Source of the DNA: Selenomonadaceae bacterium
GTDB taxonomy: Bacteria; Bacillota; Negativicutes; Selenomonadales; Selenomonadaceae
Direction: 5' to 3'
DNA: 64,000 nt
Assembly (NCBI GenBank): GCA_017427545.1
Contig: JAFRSO010000035.1
Span: forward strand, 27,986-91,985
The translations under genes and the position numbers were made by a program. Below the pieces are notes generated by a model. The model saw only the letters and a program-made list of their open reading frames with translations, ran no database searches and was not told the DNA's origin. Shown here in pieces: positions 11,201 through 19,699 of the stretch. Positions within the stretch are counted from its first letter, which is position 1. Each line of letters begins with the position of its first letter.

Positions 11201-11279
11201 CGACAAACAGAAATAAAAATGGCATCAAAAGTGCATACAAAACCATAGCTTGACCACTTCGGTTGATCTTTATGAACAT
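8253..11279 (-). pseudogene. TadG-like paralogue 3, interrupted by one in-frame TAG
   Basis: ORFs 10674-11390 and 8253-10664 are in the same frame. They are separated only by TAG (10674-10676) where paralogue 2 has TGG (HFFMPGWFDDMVAPV). Likely start is ATG 11279 (MFIKINRSGQAMVLY). Confidence 0.75.
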
Positions 11280-11393
11280 TGTTGCCACTCCTTTGCGATA
11301 AGTTTTACTGTTAATTATATCGACTGTGGAAAATTTTTCAATAAACATTACGGGTAATAAAAAAGCGACGATGAAAAATTCGCCGCTCAAAAG

Positions 11394-12326
11394 TCAATGA
11401 AAATTTTTGCTGCTGATAGCTTCCAACTCGTAAGGCGTTTCTTGATAGACATAATAGTTCAGCCAGTTTGCAAAGAGTAAATGCGCAACCGAACGCCATT
11501 TGACGACGGGTTCTTTAGTCGGGTCGTCGTCGGGAAAATAATTTTGCGGGACGTTGGGATTGAGACCGGCTTTAACGTCGCGTTCGTATTCATTCTGCAA
11601 AGTGTTCGGATCGTATTCGGCGTGACCTGTGATGAAAAATTGACGCGCCTCGATATTCGCCACGGCATAAACGCCAACTTCGTCCGACACCGATAAAAGC
11701 GTCAGCTCCGGAACTTTTTCAATGTCCTCGCGTCGAGTTCCCGTGTAGCGAGAGTGCGGCACAAAAAATTCATCGTCGAAGCCGCGCATAAGTTTTTCAT
11801 GCTTGACGCAAAGTTTGTGAGGATACACGCCAGAACATTTTTCCGGCAACAAATATTTCGGAACGCCGTAATGATAATACAAACCTGCCTGCGCGCCCCA
11901 GCAAATGAAAAATGACGACCAGGCATGAGTTTTGCTCCACTCCATAATTTCACAAAGCTCTTTCCAATACGTCACGTCCTCAAATTCGACAAGCTCAAGC
12001 GGTGCGCCCGTCATGATGAAGCCGTCGTAATTTTTATTTTTCACGTCGTCGAACGTCCCGTAAAATTCGGTGAGATAATCTTTTGAGGTGTGAGTCGGCG
12101 TGTAAGTGCGCGTGTAAATGAAATCAACTTCAACCTGCAGCGGCGTATTTCCCAAGAGTCGGAGCAGTTGCGTTTCAGTCACGGGCTTAATCGGCATGAG
12201 GTTGAGGATTAAAATTTTCAGCGGGCGGATGTCCTGCGAATAGGCGCGGTCGGCGTCCATGACAAAAATATTTTCGCCTTCCAAAATGTGCGACGCAGGT
12301 AAATTGTTCGGTATTTTTATCGGCAA
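11394..12326 (-). CDS. metA: Homoserine O-acyltransferase (MetA family)
   Basis: MetA-like sequence throughout ([29 protein letters not shown]). SD AAGGAGGGG plus TTG at 12326 gives the typical N-terminus (M)PIKIPNNLP. The longer ORF to 12425 is unlikely. Confidence 0.9.
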   Translation of the reverse strand: MPIKIPNNLPASHILEGENIFVMDADRAYSQDIRPLKILILNLMPIKPVTETQLLRLLGNTPLQVEVDFIYTRTYTPTHTSKDYLTEFYGTFDDVKNKNYDGFIMTGAPLELVEFEDVTYWKELCEIMEWSKTHAWSSFFICWGAQAGLYYHYGVPKYLLPEKCSGVYPHKLCVKHEKLMRGFDDEFFVPHSRYTGTRREDIEKVPELTLLSVSDEVGVYAVANIEARQFFITGHAEYDPNTLQNEYERDVKAGLNPNVPQNYFPDDDPTKEPVVKWRSVAHLLFANWLNYYVYQETPYELEAISSKNFH

Positions 12327-12374
12327 GGTTTTCCCCTCCTTAGGTACTGAATAACTATTCCGTGGCGGGTATTG

Positions 12375-12497
12375 ATTTTTATGTTTAAATCTACTTTTCT
12401 TTGCTCGCCCAAAGAAAAGTAGCAAAAGAAAGGGCGTTTTGCCGCTAACGCCGCTATCCTGCGGCGTGGTCGCGGCGCCGTCATCCTTGACGGCTTT
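12375..12497 (+). repeat. Structured intergenic repeat, copy A (short variant)
   Basis: Shares TTTTATGTTTAAATCTACTTTTCTTTGCTCGCCCAAAGAAAAGTAGCAAAAGAAAG and the hairpin GCCGTCATCCTTGACGGC with copies at 13962, 33120 and 38173. Confidence 0.6.
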
Positions 12498-12533
12498 AAA
12501 ATTTTTTTATTATACACACCCCGGTACCCGGTT

Positions 12534-13412
12534 CTAATCAAGTGAATAGCGGCTGACCCAACGCGGATTATTCTTGACATAAGCCCGCAATCGAACGAGA
12601 CCTTTATAATCGGGGTCGTCACTGTGAATCATGCGATAATTCCCGTCGTACTCGTCCTTTAGCGGCTGCCAAGAATTTGTCGGCGTCCAAATCTGTCCGT
12701 CCTTGATGACTTCGGTGCCCTGCGTCAAGTTGACGGATTTTTTCATGAAGCGGATTTCCATCGTCTGACCGTCGGAATTTTTTGTAACCTGCCACTCCCA
12801 CAAAATCAAATTCGTACCCTTGAGCCGCATTGTCGTCGTGTCGGCAGTTAAATTAATCGTCGAGCCGTCGCCGCCGGTATAAGTCCATAAATCAAGCCAA
12901 CGTTCCTCTTTGGGAGCACGTTTGCGATCACGTTCACCCATCTTGAAAACTTCGTCGACAATCGCGCAGTAAAATTCTTCGTCGAAGGAACGCGAAGTAA
13001 TTTCCTTGACGCGCCCTTCAGCCTTCGACCAAATGACTTCGTTGTTCGCGTTATAAAAATCTTCGCGGACATATTGGAGCGTGCGATTTTGAGGGTTGAC
13101 TTTAATCAGAGCCAAGCTGTAATTCAATGAGCGCGGGTCGGGCAAAATATTCGATATTCCGTAATTTTTAATCGTCTCCGCCGCGCCCTCGTAAGAATAA
13201 GTCGTCTTCGTCCACGCTTCAATTTCGATTGCAATTTCCCTGCCGTCATTGGTGACAACTTTTTTGTTAATCGTCACGGAATCGGCGTTGAAGTACTTGC
13301 TGTATTTGTCGTTCGAGTCCAGCCAAAACCATTGTATTTCCGCGTCGACATCATGAGGAACAAATAACATCGCCGCGCAGATAATCGCGAATGCAAAAAA
13401 TATTTTCCTCAT
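12534..13412 (-). CDS. Secreted hypothetical protein (signal peptide)
   Basis: 292-aa ORF. N-terminal signal MRKIFFAFAIICAAMLFVPHDVDA. No family recognised with confidence. Confidence 0.7.
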   Translation of the reverse strand: MRKIFFAFAIICAAMLFVPHDVDAEIQWFWLDSNDKYSKYFNADSVTINKKVVTNDGREIAIEIEAWTKTTYSYEGAAETIKNYGISNILPDPRSLNYSLALIKVNPQNRTLQYVREDFYNANNEVIWSKAEGRVKEITSRSFDEEFYCAIVDEVFKMGERDRKRAPKEERWLDLWTYTGGDGSTINLTADTTTMRLKGTNLILWEWQVTKNSDGQTMEIRFMKKSVNLTQGTEVIKDGQIWTPTNSWQPLKDEYDGNYRMIHSDDPDYKGLVRLRAYVKNNPRWVSRYSLD

Positions 13413-13428
13413 TTCTAATCCCTGCTCC

Positions 13429-13878
13429 TTAATCCCTGCTCCCTAATAATCGATTAATTTCCTCGTCGAGTTCAATGACGCCCGCGCCGGTTTGAGAACT
13501 TACGCAAAAAGTTTTCAGCCCGGAAACTTCTCTGACTGCCGCCGCCAATGCCTGACCGCCATCGGGGAATTTGTCCGCCTGACTTATCACGACGATAATT
13601 GACGAACCTGCCTTGCGAAGTTTGCTTATCCACGCCAACTCCAATTCAAACGAATCATCAGTTATCAGCATGAGCGCGACTTCGACACTTTGCGCGGACT
13701 CTTCAGCCGTCGAGCCTTCCACATCAACGCCGACCGTATCGACCAGCATGACTCGTGTTATGCCGCTGATTTCCATTGCACTGAACGCCGCGTCCTGTAT
13801 AATTTTCTGTTTCGTCAACGCGTACATCAATGCCGATTTGCCGCTCTTACGCTTGCCGAAAATGCCTACCTGTTTCAT
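13429..13878 (-). CDS. Small P-loop GTPase-like protein
   Basis: 149-aa ORF. Walker A GKRKSGKS, DTVG (G3), and SQAD in place of NKxD. It has only a G domain. Confidence 0.7.
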   Translation of the reverse strand: MKQVGIFGKRKSGKSALMYALTKQKIIQDAAFSAMEISGITRVMLVDTVGVDVEGSTAEESAQSVEVALMLITDDSFELELAWISKLRKAGSSIIVVISQADKFPDGGQALAAAVREVSGLKTFCVSSQTGAGVIELDEEINRLLGSRD

Positions 13879-13915
13879 GAGTTCGCAACCTCCTCTTTAC
13901 GGCGATTATAGCAAT

Positions 13916-13949
13916 TTAAGGAACAAGGAACAAGTGGTAAGGAACAAGT
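13916..13949. repeat. Heptamer array AAGGAAC/AAGTGGT
   Basis: TTAAGGAACAAGGAACAAGTGGTAAGGAACAAGT lies just upstream of the 13878 start. The reverse complement matches the ACTTGTTCCTT...TTCCTTAA sub-family. Confidence 0.7.
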
Positions 13950-13961
13950 TTAGCTGCCTGG

Positions 13962-14190
13962 GCATGTTGAATGATTTTTATGTTTAGAGCTACTTTTGCA
14001 TTGTTTATCTACTTTTCTTTGCGTGTCCAAAGAAAAGTAGCAAAAGAAAGGACACCTCGCGGGGGCGTTGAATCGCTCATGATTTTAACGTTGCGATAAC
14101 CCGTGCCGTGAGTTGCCCGCGGACTTCGCATCACGCTCAGTGCGCGGGCTTAGCCGTCATCCATGACGGCTTTTAATTATTTATTCAATG
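13962..14190 (+). repeat. Structured intergenic repeat, copy B (full length, MITE-like)
   Basis: Aligns by eye along about 210 nt with copy C. Has a 13-bp perfect hairpin CTACTTTTCTTTG/CAAAGAAAAGTAG (14009-14040), GCCCGCG...CGCGGGC, and GCCGTCATCCATGACGGC (14153-14170). Confidence 0.7.
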
Positions 14191-15038
14191 TTGCCCAGCC
14201 GCTCCAAACTCCGATGTCTTTTGTCGAAGCGGGCAATTTTTTTATAGCCGAAGCCGCGAACATATTCAACAGCCTCTTCGTAAAATCTGCCGCAATCTTC
14301 AGGCTGATGCGCATCGGAATTTATCGTAATGGGCAAATCGTAAGCGGCGGCAACTTTCATGAAGTCGGCGTAAGGTGAAATTTCCTTGACGGGGTAGCGG
14401 TAAAGCGTGCCGGTGTTCACGTCGACGACCATATCAGATTTTTTGAGGGCTGCGGCAACTCGTTCAAGATATGGCGTCGCGTCGAAGTCCGGAAAAAATT
14501 TAAACAGCCGAATGTTGAACGGGTGACCTAAAATGTCATAATTTCCGCTCGCCGCAAGAAGTTCAACCTGCGCAGCGTACTCGTCATAAATTTTTTTCAA
14601 GTCGTGATTCTTCCACTCGTCGATAAGCTTTGAGGCGTCATATCCCCAGCCCCATAAAAAATGTACGGAACCGATCCGATAATCAAAATCCCACGCGTCG
14701 AGAATTTTTTTGACGGCATTTTGGTCGCGGAAATTGCAAACCTCAATGCCAATCTTGACCGCGTGATTTTTTTTGAGCCGCGCCATAAAATCAAAATAAT
14801 CTTTCAGCGTGTGCTTAAATTTATTCGTCTTGAGCCAAACTTTTTGAAACTCACCGACGGTTGAAGTGTCCAAAATCAAATCGTCGTAGTAAAGCTGCTC
14901 AAATTCGGGGAAAGTGTGCGTATGTTCGCTTATGCCGATTTCGTCAAGCCCGTGACTTTTCGCCGCAGTGAAAAATCCCTCAACCCAAGTCTCGTCGTAA
15001 TCGCCGTACTCAAAATGCATATGATAATCAAATTTCAT
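14181..15038 (-). CDS. PHP-domain histidinol-phosphatase family protein
   Basis: 285-aa ORF. MKFDYHMHFEYGDY, GISEHTH and a C-terminal NSDAH are typical of the HisJ/PHP family. Confidence 0.85.
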   Translation of the reverse strand: MKFDYHMHFEYGDYDETWVEGFFTAAKSHGLDEIGISEHTHTFPEFEQLYYDDLILDTSTVGEFQKVWLKTNKFKHTLKDYFDFMARLKKNHAVKIGIEVCNFRDQNAVKKILDAWDFDYRIGSVHFLWGWGYDASKLIDEWKNHDLKKIYDEYAAQVELLAASGNYDILGHPFNIRLFKFFPDFDATPYLERVAAALKKSDMVVDVNTGTLYRYPVKEISPYADFMKVAAAYDLPITINSDAHQPEDCGRFYEEAVEYVRGFGYKKIARFDKRHRSLERLGNIE

Positions 15039-15126
15039 GTCAAAACCCTTTCACAATCAGTCAGATTTGTTGTCGCGCCAAAAATTTTAATCCCTTTTTG
15101 AGCAAAACGCAAATTTTTTCCGGCAA

Positions 15127-15153
15127 GAATTCCTAATTCCTAATTCCTAATTG
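15127..15153. repeat. Heptamer array AATTCCT x3.5
   Basis: GAATTCCTAATTCCTAATTCCTAATTG lies in the divergent intergenic region. Confidence 0.8.
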
Positions 15154-15171
15154 AATAAGCCGCTGATTTTC

Positions 15172-15199
15172 TTGACAAGGAAAGTTTGCAAGTTATAAT
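15172..15199 (+). promoter_or_regulatory. sigma-70-like promoter for the GntR gene
   Basis: TTGACA, a 16-nt spacer, then TATAAT, about 35 nt upstream of ATG 15234. Confidence 0.6.
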
Positions 15200-15233
15200 T
15201 GACACAAAGTATCTATGAAAGGACGTTGCCATT

Positions 15234-15965
15234 ATGGAAGTCGGCGAGGTTGTTGAAAAAAGTTTTCTGCGACCGATAGACAACACGTCGGTTGTGCAAC
15301 AGGTTATTGACCGTTTAACTTATGCAATGATTTACAAAGAACTCCGTCCGGGCGACAAGTTGCCGACTGAAATGGAATTGGCTGCAAGTTTCGGCGTCGG
15401 ACGTAACTCTATACGCGAGGCAATAAAAATTTTGGTATCATTCGGGGTATTGGATATTCGTCGACCGGAAGGAACTTTCGTTGCCAACGGATTTTCGGAC
15501 AAGATGATTAATCCTCTGCTCTACGGAATAATCCTCGATCAATCCGATTCAATCGACTCACTAAAAGAGTTGCGCGAGTGGGTGGACTTCGGGATTTTGG
15601 AATTGGCAATGGAGAAGGCTGAACCGGAAGATTTATTTCAGCTGGAAGAACAACTTTTAAACTTGCTTGCGGAAATTGACGGCGGCGACGCTGAAAAAAT
15701 TTTCGTGGCGGACGATAATTTTCACGAGGCAATTTCAACGGCGGCGCATAATTCACTGCTCGGACAAATCGCAAAACTCGTTCGGACTTTGACAAGTGAA
15801 CTGCGTATAACCACAATCCGCAACATGATTAAGCTTGGCAAAAGTAATGAACTCAAAAGGGCGCATGAAGATTTATTTAATATCATCAAGCACAAAAACG
15901 ATAACTCGGCGCGCAATTTGTTAGTCGAAGGATATTTCTATCGGTACAACGTCTTGCGAAAATAA
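15234..15965 (+). CDS. GntR-family (FadR/FCD-type) transcriptional regulator
   Basis: 243-aa ORF. Winged-HTH signature LPTEMELAASFGVGRNSIREAIKILVSFGVLDIRRPEGTFV plus a helical C-terminal domain. Confidence 0.9.
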   Translation: MEVGEVVEKSFLRPIDNTSVVQQVIDRLTYAMIYKELRPGDKLPTEMELAASFGVGRNSIREAIKILVSFGVLDIRRPEGTFVANGFSDKMINPLLYGIILDQSDSIDSLKELREWVDFGILELAMEKAEPEDLFQLEEQLLNLLAEIDGGDAEKIFVADDNFHEAISTAAHNSLLGQIAKLVRTLTSELRITTIRNMIKLGKSNELKRAHEDLFNIIKHKNDNSARNLLVEGYFYRYNVLRK

Positions 15966-15987
15966 AATTTTCGGGAGGAAAAAATTA

Positions 15988-17085
15988 ATGAGCAATCTTG
16001 AAGTCGGTATCGTCGGTTTGCCAAATGTCGGCAAGTCGACGCTTTTTAATGCGATAACGAAGGCCGGTGCGGAGGCTGCAAATTATCCTTTCTGCACGAT
16101 TGAACCGAATGTCGGAGTGGTTGCAGTGCCGGACAGTCGCCTGGAAGTTTTGACGAAACTTTACAACTCGAAGAAAACGACTCCTGCTTCCGTTCGATTT
16201 GTCGACATTGCGGGATTGGTTAAGGGCGCGTCGAAGGGCGAAGGTCTCGGCAACAAATTTCTCGAACATATCCGCCAAGTCGATGCCATTGCTCACGTCG
16301 TGCGATGTTTTGAGGACGAGAACATTACACACGTTGCCGCAACGATTGATCCTCTGCGCGACATTGATACGATTCAAACGGAGCTGTGCCTTGCAGATTT
16401 GGATGTCGTCGAAAAGCGGCTTGCCAAGGTTGCTAAACTTTTGAAGTCGGGAAGTAAAGAGGCTAAGCTTGAGACTGAAATTTTGGAGCGCGTGAAAAAT
16501 TCTCTCGACGAGGCAAAACCTGCCCGAAGTTTGAACTTGACCGAAGATGAACTTGCCGTAATTCGTGACGCAAATTTATTGACGCTCAAGCCGACGCTGT
16601 ACATTGCCAACGTCGCGGAAGATGATTTGTCGGCGGAAAATGATTACGTCAAAAAAGTTCGTGAACTTGCCGCGGCGGAAGGTGCTCAAGTCGTAGTCAT
16701 TTGCGCGAAAGTCGAATCTGAAATTGCCGAACTCGACGCGGACGAAGCTGAAGAATTTTTAGCGGACTTGGGGCTGGAAAGTTCCGGTCTCGACAGATTG
16801 ATTCATGCGGCATTTGACTTGTTGGGATTGATGACTTTCTTGACGGCCGGCCCTGATGAGTGTCGTGCGTGGACGATTGTCAAGGGCACTCCTGCTGTCA
16901 AGGCGGCGGGCAAAATTCACAGCGACATTGAGCGCGGATTTATTCGGGCGGAAATTGTCAACTACGACGATTTGATTAAACTCGGTTCAGTCACTGCCGC
17001 CCGCGATAAAGGTCTTGTGCGTCTTGAAGGGAAAGATTATATCATGCAGGACGGCGACGTTACCTATTTCCGATTCAACGTCTGA
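15988..17085 (+). CDS. ychF: Ribosome-binding ATPase YchF
   Basis: 365-aa [30 protein letters not shown] and a C-terminal TGS-like end DGDV.YFRFNV. Confidence 0.95.
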   Translation: MSNLEVGIVGLPNVGKSTLFNAITKAGAEAANYPFCTIEPNVGVVAVPDSRLEVLTKLYNSKKTTPASVRFVDIAGLVKGASKGEGLGNKFLEHIRQVDAIAHVVRCFEDENITHVAATIDPLRDIDTIQTELCLADLDVVEKRLAKVAKLLKSGSKEAKLETEILERVKNSLDEAKPARSLNLTEDELAVIRDANLLTLKPTLYIANVAEDDLSAENDYVKKVRELAAAEGAQVVVICAKVESEIAELDADEAEEFLADLGLESSGLDRLIHAAFDLLGLMTFLTAGPDECRAWTIVKGTPAVKAAGKIHSDIERGFIRAEIVNYDDLIKLGSVTAARDKGLVRLEGKDYIMQDGDVTYFRFNV

Positions 17086-17128
17086 CCGCTTACCATTCGC
17101 GAAAAACTTACGACTGATTGAAAGTGAT

Positions 17129-17728
17129 ATGATGTTCTACAAAATTTTTAGGATGCTTTGCCGCGTATGGTTCGGGCTGATTTTTCGGACGAAAGTTATC
17201 GGCGCGGAGAATATCCCTGCGAACGGCGCATTTATTTTGGCGGCTAATCACGTCAGCAACTGGGATCCGCCATTTCTCGGAACATTCATTGAACGCGAAG
17301 TTTGCTACATGGGCAAAGAGGAGCTGTTTAAAAATCCCGTCATGGCCGCGATTTGTCGAAGTTTGCACGTCTTCCCCGTCAAGCGCGGTGCTGCCGATAA
17401 GACTGCGATTAAAACCGCCGTGAAGATTCTCAAGGACGGGAAATGTTTGGGGATTTTTCCGGAAGGTACGCGTTCAAAGACCGGCAAGCTTGGCAAGGCT
17501 GAATCGGGCGTCAGTTTGATTGCGGCAATGACGAAGGCTCCGATTATCCCCGCCGCCATAATCAATACCGAGAAAATTTTTTCCCGCGAAAGATTTTTTC
17601 CACGCCTTACGGTTGTTTATGGCACGCCGATAAAATTTACCGGCTCGACGAAAGATAAGGAAGCTATGACGAATTTTGCGCAAGATATTATGAGTGAGAT
17701 AGCTAAACTTAAAGAAAGTAGAAAGTAG
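17129..17728 (+). CDS. plsC: 1-acyl-sn-glycerol-3-phosphate acyltransferase
   Basis: NHVSNWD (HX4D) and FPEGTRS motifs. Start chosen at MMFYKIF; the longer ORF from 17015 overlaps ychF. Confidence 0.85.
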   Translation: MMFYKIFRMLCRVWFGLIFRTKVIGAENIPANGAFILAANHVSNWDPPFLGTFIEREVCYMGKEELFKNPVMAAICRSLHVFPVKRGAADKTAIKTAVKILKDGKCLGIFPEGTRSKTGKLGKAESGVSLIAAMTKAPIIPAAIINTEKIFSRERFFPRLTVVYGTPIKFTGSTKDKEAMTNFAQDIMSEIAKLKESRK

Positions 17729-17770
17729 GGAATAGATTTTCTACTTTCTACCACCTACTTTCTACTTTCT
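17713..17770 (+). promoter_or_regulatory. Intercistronic hairpin built from GAAAGTA repeats (plsC stop to cysS SD)
   Basis: Perfect 17-bp stem AGAAAGTAGAAAGTAGG (17713-17729) / CCTACTTTCTACTTTCT (17754-17770). An alternative 11-bp pairing uses CTACTTTCTAC (17741-17751). It covers the plsC TAG and abuts AAGGAGG of cysS. Confidence 0.6.
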
Positions 17771-17784
17771 AAGGAGGTTCTGTA

Positions 17785-19311
17785 ATGATTAAAGTTTTTA
17801 ATACGATGAGCAGGTCGAAGGAAATTTTTAAGCCGCTCAAAAAGGGCGAGGTCAGCATTTATTGCTGCGGCGTGACACCTTACAACGCGCCGCATATCGG
17901 TAACGCCAGACCGTTCGTCACGTGGGATGTCATTCGCCGATTTTTTACCAAGAGCGGCTACAAAGTTCGGTACATTCAAAATTTCACGGACGTTGACGAC
18001 AAAATCATCAAGACTGCCAATGAACAGGGCGTCACGTGGAAAGACATTGCCGAGAAAAATATTGCCGCGTATTTCAAGAGCATGGACGCCCTCAACGTCC
18101 GCCACGCCGATATTTATCCGAAAGTTTCCGAGACGATGGACGATATAATCAAGATGATTCAAACTCTCGTCGACAAGGGCTTTGCTTATGTTTTGGACAA
18201 CGGCGACGTTTTTTACAGCGTTGAGAAAATTCCGAGCTACGGCAAATTGAGCGGACGCAAACTTTCCGACATGATGGCGGGGGCGCGTGTTGAGGTCGAC
18301 GAACGTAAACATCACCCGATGGATTTTGCATTGTGGAAGGCGGCTAAACCCGGTGAACCTTTCTGGGAAAGTCCATGGGGTAAAGGTCGTCCCGGCTGGC
18401 ATATCGAATGCTCCGCAATGTCGCTGAAATATTTGGGTGAGAAATTTGACTTTCACGGCGGCGGCTCCGATTTGATTTTCCCGCACCATGAAAACGAAAT
18501 TGCTCAATCGCAAGCGGCTATCGGCGATGAAAATTCCTTCGCGCAATATTGGATTCACAACGGCTTTATCACAATCGGCAACGAGAAGGCCAGCAAGTCC
18601 GATAAAAAAATGGTCAAGTCGACGAAGGGCTTTTTCACTGTCGAAGAAATTTTAGCGAAATATCCCGGCGAAGTCGTGAGGCTTTTCTTGTTGCAGACGC
18701 ATTATCGCAACCCGCTTGAATTCAGCGAGGAGAGAATCATTGAGGCGCAAGAATTTTTCGGCAAACTGGCGAAGGCTTATTGGCAACTTGACGAGTTGGC
18801 GAGAAAAATTCATGCGGGCGAATTCATCAAGGATACGGGCGAGAAAAATTTTGCGATAACGATAAGTCCTGCAGGCGGGCTGGTCGATTTGGGCGAAAGG
18901 CTCCTGTCGAATTTTTACGCGGCAATGAGTGACGATTTCAACACGGCTCTTGCGATTACTTACATGTTCGAGCTTGCCAAGGAGGTCGGCAGTTATTACG
19001 GCGACTTCAAGGCGGGAAAGATTTTGCCCGTGACGATTGACGGCGATATAATTTTGCGCGTCCGCGATATTTATATGGAAATGGCGGAAATTATCGGGAT
19101 TTTTGAACAGCCCGTGCCCGTTGAAAAGGTTGAGGAAAAAGCTGACGAGTCTGAACTTGTCGGGAGGCTCATGAAAATTATCCTTGACATTCGCCAGGAC
19201 GCCCGCGCTACAAAAAATTGGGCGGTTGCCGATAAAATTCGCGACGAACTCAAAGCGGCCGGCATTGTCGTTGATGATACTCCGCAAGGTGCTGTATGGC
19301 ATCGCCAATAG
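17785..19311 (+). CDS. cysS: Cysteine--tRNA ligase
   Basis: 508-aa ORF. HIGNARP (HIGH), the WHIECS zinc site and a KMSKS-region. The canonical Firmicute neighbours mrnC-rlmB-yacP follow. Confidence 0.95.
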   Translation: MIKVFNTMSRSKEIFKPLKKGEVSIYCCGVTPYNAPHIGNARPFVTWDVIRRFFTKSGYKVRYIQNFTDVDDKIIKTANEQGVTWKDIAEKNIAAYFKSMDALNVRHADIYPKVSETMDDIIKMIQTLVDKGFAYVLDNGDVFYSVEKIPSYGKLSGRKLSDMMAGARVEVDERKHHPMDFALWKAAKPGEPFWESPWGKGRPGWHIECSAMSLKYLGEKFDFHGGGSDLIFPHHENEIAQSQAAIGDENSFAQYWIHNGFITIGNEKASKSDKKMVKSTKGFFTVEEILAKYPGEVVRLFLLQTHYRNPLEFSEERIIEAQEFFGKLAKAYWQLDELARKIHAGEFIKDTGEKNFAITISPAGGLVDLGERLLSNFYAAMSDDFNTALAITYMFELAKEVGSYYGDFKAGKILPVTIDGDIILRVRDIYMEMAEIIGIFEQPVPVEKVEEKADESELVGRLMKIILDIRQDARATKNWAVADKIRDELKAAGIVVDDTPQGAVWHRQ

Positions 19312-19694
19312 ATTTTCCCGTCGACGAGATAAAAAATTTATCGCCGCTGATTTTGGCGCATATCGGCGACGCGTATTTTCATCTGTACATTCGCACGCGA
19401 CTTTTGCAAATCACGCACAACATCACGCGGCTGCATGAACTTAGCGCGGAAATTGTTTCGGCAACTGCGCAGGCAAAAATCTATCACGCGATAGAAAAAT
19501 TTTTGTCGGACGAGGAGCGCGATATTTTTCGACGCGGACGAAATGCCAAAAGTCACTTGCCGCGGAAAGCAACCGTCGCCGAATATCACGCAAGCACAGG
19601 TTTTGAAGCATTGCTGGGAGATTTGTTTTTGCGGAAAAATTTTTCGCGGCTCAACGAAATTTGCGAGCTGGCATTCAAGGAGGCCTCATCTTGA
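19296..19694 (+). CDS. mrnC: Mini-ribonuclease III
   Basis: 132-aa ORF. LAHIGDAYFHLYIR and FRRGRNAK motifs. Position after cysS. Confidence 0.9.
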   Translation: MASPIDFPVDEIKNLSPLILAHIGDAYFHLYIRTRLLQITHNITRLHELSAEIVSATAQAKIYHAIEKFLSDEERDIFRRGRNAKSHLPRKATVAEYHASTGFEALLGDLFLRKNFSRLNEICELAFKEASS

Positions 19695-19699
19695 ACAAC

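Noticed and set aside
12327-12533. Possible SAM (S-box) riboswitch or T-box leader upstream of metA
   Set aside because: I could not find the conserved S-box or T-box core sequences. The region is instead occupied by copy A of the intergenic repeat and a plausible terminator for the upstream gene.
17755-19308. Minus-strand ORFs of 267 aa and 218 aa
   Set aside because: They are antisense shadows of cysS, which is unambiguous. They have no motifs and no SD.
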